Shown here piece after piece: positions 16,556 to 23,004 of a stretch of DNA of 24,000 nucleotides (positions are counted from its first letter, which is position 1; each line of letters opens with the position of its first letter). Position numbers and translations under genes: made by a program. Below the pieces are notes generated by a model. It made no database searches, was not told where the DNA came from, and saw only the letters and a list, made by a program, of their open reading frames with translations. The DNA comes from Candidatus Hodarchaeota archaeon (GTDB lineage: Archaea > Asgardarchaeota > Heimdallarchaeia > Hodarchaeales > Hodarchaeaceae), in NCBI GenBank assembly GCA_016839625.1, contig JAEOTY010000021.1, positions 2,263 through 26,262 on the forward strand, given 5' to 3'.

Positions 16556-17893
16556 ATGGTGCTCGAGCCGGCTTCCGGGAGATCAAACCTGTTTTGTTCA
16601 TTTTGTGGTACTATGGTTCGTGAATTAGAATCCCAGAAATGTTTAGACTGTGGTGCAGCATTCTGCCAGCAATGCGCCTCCCGCTTACAAATCAATGGAA
16701 TCCAACTTAAATGTCCATGTGGTTCAGCCAATATCGAATCTGGATCTCCAGAACAAAATTCACAGACTCAAACTTTGGAACATATTTTTAGTTTGAAACG
16801 CTCTTTAAAACAAGTAGGTTATCGTCCCGTAATTATGCTTAAACGAACTGGCCATCTTGAATCAAGATTGAGAGCTTTTCGAAAACAATTTCTTATCCCA
16901 GGAAATCAGATTGATAAAATATTCCTCGACACCAAAAAGATTGAAAATTTTATACTATCAGAGTTTCAGGAATATTCTTCCAAATTAAGTCGACTATATC
17001 GTAGTGTAATGGGCCTAGATTCCTCATTCATCGATCATCGCAATCTTTCTCTTCAACTAACGCTTTTTCATAAGCAGGTTGATAGTTTTGATCAAACAGT
17101 TCAAGACAAACTTCAACCAATTTTTAGTTTAATTGAGCAATTAGAGGATAAGTGCGATCAGTTTGACGAGATGTCACGACATCTTGGACGGTGCTTTGAT
17201 GCTTTTGTTTTTGTACCTGGTGAACTTGCTATTGGTTTTTTCTCTAATGTTGAATTAAGGAACAATCGGATAAGAAAGTTTACAATAGACTTGTTAATTA
17301 CTACTGACCGAATTGTAATGTTTTGTAAAAAGAGGACCAAAATAATTGGTCAAAAAACAATAATTTATGATGAATTTCCTCCTGAAGATCTGATTGATGT
17401 TCAAAAGACAAATGCGGGTTTCTTAAAACGTGATAAGCTTCAAATAACAACCATTAAGCATGATTATGAATTACGTGCGAATTTCGAGACTTTAATGCGT
17501 ATCTTTGATGCTCTCCAATTGAGTTACTACGGCCGTCCAAGTGAAATCTATATTCATGAACCTTTTCGAGATTGGTCTTCAGAGATTTATCAAGAAAAAA
17601 TACTCTCTTACCTTAATTTCCAAACTAAAGTTAGTGGGTCTTCCAATCCAACCAATGACCATGAAAGAGAACCTGATTTTGTAACAGGGGTTCTCGACGA
17701 CCGTCTTCGTGATCTGCGTCTTCGCAAACTAGCAAATGAAAAGGCATTGCAAGAACTTAAGGAGGGGCGGAAAAAAGTAGCTAGTCGAGATTATTTCGAC
17801 CTAGTTAGACAATTCGAATTAGAACTAGCCAAAATAAATGAAGCGATGACAGAATTACTAGTCCGAACAGGAAAAACAAATCTTTTGAATTAA
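16556..17893 (+). CDS. Uncharacterised ESCRT-cluster protein with an N-terminal 8-Cys RING-like zinc finger, a central PH/GRAM(GLUE)-like region, and a C-terminal coiled coil with a steadiness-box-like motif
   Basis: The product is 445 aa. Cys spacing is C14-x2-C17-x11-C29-x2-C32-x4-C37-x2-C40-x12-C53-x-C55. Residues about 218-321 (GELAIGFFSNVELRNNRIRKFTIDLLITTDRIVMFCKK...DLIDVQKTNAGFLKRDKLQITTIKHDYELRANFETLMRIFDAL) follow the PH/GRAM strand pattern. Residues 378-435 have coiled-coil heptads ending in KKVASRDYFDLVRQFELELAKI. Confidence 0.7.
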   Translation: MVLEPASGRSNLFCSFCGTMVRELESQKCLDCGAAFCQQCASRLQINGIQLKCPCGSANIESGSPEQNSQTQTLEHIFSLKRSLKQVGYRPVIMLKRTGHLESRLRAFRKQFLIPGNQIDKIFLDTKKIENFILSEFQEYSSKLSRLYRSVMGLDSSFIDHRNLSLQLTLFHKQVDSFDQTVQDKLQPIFSLIEQLEDKCDQFDEMSRHLGRCFDAFVFVPGELAIGFFSNVELRNNRIRKFTIDLLITTDRIVMFCKKRTKIIGQKTIIYDEFPPEDLIDVQKTNAGFLKRDKLQITTIKHDYELRANFETLMRIFDALQLSYYGRPSEIYIHEPFRDWSSEIYQEKILSYLNFQTKVSGSSNPTNDHEREPDFVTGVLDDRLRDLRLRKLANEKALQELKEGRKKVASRDYFDLVRQFELELAKINEAMTELLVRTGKTNLLN

Positions 17894-17906
17894 ATCAATG
17901 ATATAT

Positions 17907-18536
17907 TCAGAGATTCGCCAACTCTCTACGAAAATCTGAAAGCCATCGTGCTGTTTGTAATTCTAGCTTTTTCAATTCATCTTGTCTTAATAGCTGGCCT
18001 GGTTTCTGTCTATCCATCCACTTAATCCACTCATCGATATCTCTTGTTACCCAATGATTAGACCCATAGACATGAGCTTCAGTTAAAATTGCATGGAGCT
18101 CATCTAAATATGGTAGAATCCGATCTACGGTAGCAATGGCTTCTAACCGAAGAAGGTCCAATACCTCGATGGCGTTGGCAACAAACTCGGCAGCAATCTT
18201 TGGTAATTTTTTAATTTGACTATAATCAATACGGTTTCGAGCATTATCATCTGTTCCCTCTGTTATCCGGAGTTTTTCAAGACCGTGGGGATATTGTTGA
18301 TCGATTTTTTCTTCCCGAATGAAATCATCTAAATCAAATTGGTAGGTTTCTAGCTTTGCTCGGATTGCAACAATGGTCGTTAAGAGATTTTTATGCTGTT
18401 TATGAAAGATATTCGGATCTAACTCGCCTTTTTCGTATGTCCGAGATAAAAGATCAAGAGTCCCAATAGTCGCAAATAATTGCCCTTCCAATTCCCAACG
18501 TTTTGTTAGATTTGGAGGAAAAGTCATTAATTTCAT
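17907..18536 (-). CDS. vps28: ESCRT-I subunit Vps28-like protein
   Basis: The 209-aa product has an N-terminal core LFATIGTLDLLSRTYEKGELDPNIFHKQHKNLL. Its C-terminal four-helix-bundle block AAEFVANAIEVLDLLRLEAIATVDRILPYLDELHAIL...EWIKWMDRQKPGQLLRQDELKKLELQTARWLSDFRREL is collinear with eukaryotic VPS28 (...FIT.MD.LKL......I.P.L.DL...L....WL..L..M.ASDEL.E.Q.RQL.FDLE.AY..F...L). Confidence 0.85.
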   Translation of the reverse strand: MKLMTFPPNLTKRWELEGQLFATIGTLDLLSRTYEKGELDPNIFHKQHKNLLTTIVAIRAKLETYQFDLDDFIREEKIDQQYPHGLEKLRITEGTDDNARNRIDYSQIKKLPKIAAEFVANAIEVLDLLRLEAIATVDRILPYLDELHAILTEAHVYGSNHWVTRDIDEWIKWMDRQKPGQLLRQDELKKLELQTARWLSDFRRELANL

Positions 18537-18537
18537 C

Positions 18538-19329
18538 CTATCCCAAGTATTCCGTTTGTTTTCGAGCTATATAGAGTTCCTTGGAGTACTTTTTATATAA
18601 ACGTGAGTATTCGAAAATTGAGATCTCACCAGAGGCATAACGGTCTTCAAGTGCCGCTAATAGCTCTGAGATAGCAATACGTTCTGATTCGATGCTATCT
18701 TGGGTTGAAAGCCTTTTGCCCTCATCACTATCTGAGGGTTGTGCTTGAGTCATTTGTTGTGCATGAAATCGAGCCAATTCTTCATCTTTTTCTTGTATTT
18801 GTTTAGTTAATGAGGATAACTCTGTTCTTAGCGCTGTTGTTTCTGCAAATACTGTCTTATTTGGAGACACTGGAGGTGTTTCTATTATACGTGCTACTGT
18901 ATCGCGAACAGATTTAGCAGTTTCTCCTTTAGGAGTGGGAGGCACTCTAGACATCAGATTTTTTAGTGCAATGATCACTTGATAGAGATGAAACTCAGCA
19001 CGCCAATTATCCAAGATTCGTAATTGAACAAAACCATCATCATCAATGTTAGGGTGATCCATCCATCCCACTGCTGTTACTACAGGAGGAACGTTAGGAA
19101 AGTATTCTGGAAGAAATATTTCAAATGTAAACATGTTACGGCCACGATTGGTGGTATATGTCAAGGTTCCTTTCCATCTAGCCAAGGAATCTCCCACAGG
19201 ATTAAAACCAAAAGCTGCTGAATTAGAATATACCAGTTGTGCCTCTCGAGCTAAAATAAAATCTTTATCCATATTTGTGGCTCCTTTCTTCAAATTAAAT
19301 ACTGAATCATTAATGTATTTAAATTTCAC
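18538..19329 (-). CDS. ESCRT-I Vps23/Tsg101-like protein: UEV (inactive E2 variant) domain, coiled-coil stalk and C-terminal steadiness box
   Basis: The UBC-fold blocks are WKGTLTYTTNRGRNMFTFEIFLPEYFPNVPPVV and DHPNIDDDGFVQLRILDNW. The position of the E2 catalytic Cys (HPN...G.IC.DIL) is Gln102 (codon 19024-19026). The tail LLAALEDRYASGEISIFEYSRLYKKYSKELYIARK resembles the Tsg101 steadiness box (L..AL..G.I.L..FLK.VR.LSR.QF). An alternative start is Met20 (19272). The stop lies 1 nt from the Vps28-like start. Confidence 0.8.
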   Translation of the reverse strand: MKFKYINDSVFNLKKGATNMDKDFILAREAQLVYSNSAAFGFNPVGDSLARWKGTLTYTTNRGRNMFTFEIFLPEYFPNVPPVVTAVGWMDHPNIDDDGFVQLRILDNWRAEFHLYQVIIALKNLMSRVPPTPKGETAKSVRDTVARIIETPPVSPNKTVFAETTALRTELSSLTKQIQEKDEELARFHAQQMTQAQPSDSDEGKRLSTQDSIESERIAISELLAALEDRYASGEISIFEYSRLYKKYSKELYIARKQTEYLG

Positions 19330-19490
19330 CTAGAGAAGTGTTTCTTTCAGGTCAAGTAAACCTCTTTGGAACCTATTAAAAAAGCCTCACAATAAGGAAC
19401 ATTAAAAAGCTGCTCTCTTCTGTAAATCTATCTTAAAGGTTTCAGGGGTAACCTCTGTTTGATATTGATAATCTAAATCCTTGAAAAGAG

Positions 19491-20711
19491 TTATTTTTTC
19501 CCCCTAGGTTTTTTCACAGTAGTTAAAAAATCTATAATAGCTTCTCCTAACAACTCGAATGCTTGTTCAACATTCTGGCCTGTTTTGGCACTTGTAGATA
19601 GAAAGTAAATCTTGAAACCTCGGTATTGTTCAGCAATTTGAGACAGTCTTTCAACAAATACTTTCGCTTTATTTTCAGACACACAAGGGATTCCCGAGCT
19701 AGATAAGTCTACTTTGTTTCCCAAAACAACTAACGGGACAGGACCATGCCCATTGTTCCGCCAAAGCTCATTCAGCCATTTGGGTATGTTTTGAAAGCTT
19801 TCTGGACGAGTTACATCAAAAACAAGTAATGCACCTACACTGGCAGAATAATAAGCTTTCCGAACGTTATTAAAACGAGGTTGACCTGCCAGATCCCAGA
19901 TCAAGTATTTGATTTGTTTACCACCACTATATACTATATCAGATGTTTTAGCAGCAAGATCGGCTCCTATTGTCATTTGATAGTCATCACGAAATCCTTC
20001 GCCTAAGTAACGTCTCCTAATGGACGTTTTACCAACTGCACCATCTCCAATTAAAATAACCTTTAACGTATGATGTTCTTGAACAAAAGTTGCTTTTACT
20101 GACGTGATAGCTTCATCAATGGCTGCACGTAATTCTGGATTGGTCTTAATATTTTGATCAGTATGATAATTCAGGATTTGTACAATTTGAACGGCTAACG
20201 TACCCACCATATCTCGTGATGTTCCCTTAGATGTCACTATGGCGATAACCAACTCTCCAATGACGAAGAAATGAATTGTTTGAGATTCGAGAGTAAGAAC
20301 CTCCAACAATTCGCCAAGATTGTAGCGGACATAACTTTTTATTGCATAAAAAATGAAGTTCATAGATTCCTTATAGTCAATTTTATCGGAGAGCTGATAA
20401 TTAAACAATAATTGCCCATTGTTCATAAAACATGAAATTAAGAAAATTTCTTCAGTCTTTTTTGCTCGTTCTAATCCAAATTTTTTGAAATCCGCTATCT
20501 GATCCTCTTCAGTTTTTTCAGCTTGAGCATAAGCTTCTTCAATGATGTTCAAATAATCGCCCCGTCCCGATAATGCCTTTTCAAGATCTACTCGAACTTT
20601 CAGTTCGAACTCCTCCATTTCGTCAGGGCGTTGATCATTTGTGATCTTGGTTTCAAGTGTTTTTGGCTCTTTCTTTTCGTTTGTCTCGAAAGAAGAGTCT
20701 TTTTCTTCCAT
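19491..20711 (-). CDS. Fusion protein with an acidic N-terminal region, a roadblock/LC7(longin-like) domain and a Rab/Ras-like small GTPase domain
   Basis: The GTPase motifs are G1 GDGAVGKTS, switch I YQMTIGADL, G3 WDLAGQ, G4 GNKVDL and G5 STSAKTG (aa about 215-400). Residues about 88-182 (IFLISCFMNNGQLLFNY...HFFVIGELVIAIVTSKGTSRDMVGTLAVQIVQIL) show a roadblock/MglB-like alpha-beta pattern. Confidence 0.85.
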   Translation of the reverse strand: MEEKDSSFETNEKKEPKTLETKITNDQRPDEMEEFELKVRVDLEKALSGRGDYLNIIEEAYAQAEKTEEDQIADFKKFGLERAKKTEEIFLISCFMNNGQLLFNYQLSDKIDYKESMNFIFYAIKSYVRYNLGELLEVLTLESQTIHFFVIGELVIAIVTSKGTSRDMVGTLAVQIVQILNYHTDQNIKTNPELRAAIDEAITSVKATFVQEHHTLKVILIGDGAVGKTSIRRRYLGEGFRDDYQMTIGADLAAKTSDIVYSGGKQIKYLIWDLAGQPRFNNVRKAYYSASVGALLVFDVTRPESFQNIPKWLNELWRNNGHGPVPLVVLGNKVDLSSSGIPCVSENKAKVFVERLSQIAEQYRGFKIYFLSTSAKTGQNVEQAFELLGEAIIDFLTTVKKPRGKK

Positions 20712-20976
20712 GTGAATATCTTACTCCAATTTTTGTCCAGCGAAGAGGTGTTTACTGCATTGTGTCTAAGAAATAAATAGCCTTCATCCTCTAAAAGTGT
20801 TTGTCTTTTAGCTTAAAATGATGATGTGTTTTACCATATAATTGTAAAAAAATAATTATAAGATACCCATATTATGTAATGACACAAAATTAAAGTAGAT
20901 TTGTACAACAAATAGTCGAAGAAAAGATAATTTAAAACCATGAGAAGGAAAGATGTAATTATTAGGATGTGAAAAG

Positions 20977-21954
20977 ATGGGTGAATTATTAGGACCTTTA
21001 GATGATCAAATCATTATTTTATTGCAAACATTCAGTCCACTCCTTGATCTAATTTTTGGATTAATCACTTTTTTTGGAGATGAACTATTTATAATCGCAA
21101 TTATAGTTATTATTTTCTTCTGTATCGATAAGGAGATAGCAATTCGATCAGCTTTTTTGGTTGTTTTTACAGGTTTCATAACGACTTCAGCAAAAGGAGT
21201 ATTTGGTCTTAAGAGACCATACATCGTTAATGATGCAGAGATACAAGGAATCCCTGATATTATAGGACAACTTCCAGAAGATTATACTTTTCCAAGTGGT
21301 CATTCATCCAATGCGGGATCATTCTGGACATATTTAGCCACACGTTGGCGTAATCCTAGTTTTTGGGCCATTGCCATATTCATGATTGTAATTATCCCTC
21401 TTTCACGTAGCTATCTAGGTGTACATTGGCCAACTGATATAATTGTGGGAGCTTTGCTAGGAATTTCAGTTGCTTTACTGTTTACTTATTTTTTACCCAA
21501 GATAGAAGTTTTTGTTAATAAAACCTCACCCAGAACTCTTGGAATATTTGCTATAGTTATTCCTATTTTAGGGGTTATTATTTCTTACATGCTTACAATC
21601 GGAATGGGTAATGAAATAGAACACGCTGATCCTAGTTCATTAGGGGGGCTTTTTCTTGGCTTAGCTGTTGGTTATATCCTTGAAAATCGTTATGTAAATT
21701 TGAAAGTGAAAGAATTTCGATCGAACAAGAAAATACTTGTCTATCGGGGAATTGCAGGGGTTATTATTATCCTAGCATTGTACTTTGGTATGAGTGCTAT
21801 TTTTAAAATTCTTTTTGAAGGTTTTCCCCTTGAATATATCTCACGATTCATCAGATATGCAATTCTAGCATTTTTTGGTATCTTTTGTCTCCCATGGTTA
21901 TTTTCTACAATTGAACAAAAATTATTATTGGAGCCTGGAGGTTTAGCGGAATAG
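20977..21954 (+). CDS. PAP2-superfamily membrane phosphatase (phosphatidic acid or polyprenyl-diphosphate phosphatase type)
   Basis: All three PAP2 signature motifs are present: KGVFGLKRPY (KxxxxxxRP), FPSGHSSNAG (PSGH) and SRSYLGVHWPTDIIVGALLG (SRxxxxxHxxxD). There are multiple TM helices, and extra C-terminal TMs follow. Confidence 0.85.
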   Translation: MGELLGPLDDQIIILLQTFSPLLDLIFGLITFFGDELFIIAIIVIIFFCIDKEIAIRSAFLVVFTGFITTSAKGVFGLKRPYIVNDAEIQGIPDIIGQLPEDYTFPSGHSSNAGSFWTYLATRWRNPSFWAIAIFMIVIIPLSRSYLGVHWPTDIIVGALLGISVALLFTYFLPKIEVFVNKTSPRTLGIFAIVIPILGVIISYMLTIGMGNEIEHADPSSLGGLFLGLAVGYILENRYVNLKVKEFRSNKKILVYRGIAGVIIILALYFGMSAIFKILFEGFPLEYISRFIRYAILAFFGIFCLPWLFSTIEQKLLLEPGGLAE

Positions 21955-22156
21955 TAAAGTTAATCTAATTTCTGATACACTTATATTCAATCCTAGCATC
22001 CTTTCAATTATATTATTTACTTTGATAAGTTGGCATTAATCTGTTGAAAAAATAACAGGATTACTCACTATTCATAAATACAGTCACAAATATGGTCAAT
22101 GTTGATATACTTATGTGAGAAAAGAATTTCTCTCTAAAACATATGATGTGAAGAAT

Positions 22157-22930
22157 ATGTCTGAGTCAGAATCCCTTATCTGTCCCAATTGTAGTGAAAG
22201 AAGCCCAGGAGGTTATATTCTTTGTCCATATTGTGGTTTCGATTTGACAAAAATTGTACGGGCAAGAGAACGTGTACGTGTTAATTTTAGAGAAAGATTT
22301 TCACGGATTTGGAGGAGTCTTTTTGACCCGAGACAGAGTCAAAGGCTTTTTAGGGAGATCGGAGTCAATCCTGATCGCACAGGAGCACTATTAGTTTTAT
22401 TTCTTCTTTCAGTAGCTTATGGCTTACGACTTGGCGCACTAGTACTAAAAGCTGGCTTTGATACTGGTGCTTCGTGGCATGATTTGCATTTTTGGTATTT
22501 ATTGATTTCTCCTTGGTTTCTAGCGATTGGTTTTGTTTTTCTGGCACTATTTGGATGGTTTATCAGTAGTTGCGTTGTTTGGTTTATCGCAACCCGACTT
22601 GGTGGCAAAGCGAGTTTTAGAGACACTCAAGGAATTGTTGGTTATTCGTTCGGGCCTTTGATTACTGCTTCACTAATAATTAATCTAATTCTGGCCAGTC
22701 AAGCCCTGATACCAATTCTAGGAATCAATCTAAGTTCTATCACCCCCACAACCGTGGATCAGTTAGTAATTCTTGAGCTAATCAATATTCCCTTTATGGG
22801 ACTTGTTGCTTACCATTGCGGAAACGGTATTCGTTCGGCTCATCTACTCAATAATTATTTCTCATATGGTATTAGCGGCGGTGTAACCCTCTTATATCTC
22901 GTAATTTTCTTTTTACCAGTCATTTTTTAG
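22157..22930 (+). CDS. Membrane protein with an N-terminal zinc ribbon and a Yip1-like multi-TM domain
   Basis: The track ORF begins at GTG 22115, but ATG at 22157 (MSESESLICPNC...) is the likelier start. The zinc ribbon is CPNC-x12-CPYC. About 5 TM helices follow, with a loop and TM layout reminiscent of Yip1-domain proteins. That family call is tentative. Confidence 0.55.
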   Translation: MSESESLICPNCSERSPGGYILCPYCGFDLTKIVRARERVRVNFRERFSRIWRSLFDPRQSQRLFREIGVNPDRTGALLVLFLLSVAYGLRLGALVLKAGFDTGASWHDLHFWYLLISPWFLAIGFVFLALFGWFISSCVVWFIATRLGGKASFRDTQGIVGYSFGPLITASLIINLILASQALIPILGINLSSITPTTVDQLVILELINIPFMGLVAYHCGNGIRSAHLLNNYFSYGISGGVTLLYLVIFFLPVIF

Positions 22931-23004
22931 CGTGTTCCAAATAAAATTAATTGTTCATTCTACTTTAATTATTTCCTAATAATCCCCGTAATATTACAAG
23001 ATTT

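Noticed and set aside
16220-16731. ORFs 16220-16441 (+) and 16447-16731 (-) around the divergent promoter region
   Set aside because: The first overlaps the EAP30 gene's 5' end antisense and runs into AT-rich intergenic DNA. The second overlaps, antisense, the Cys-rich N-terminus of the 445-aa gene, whose zinc-finger spacing supports the plus-strand reading.
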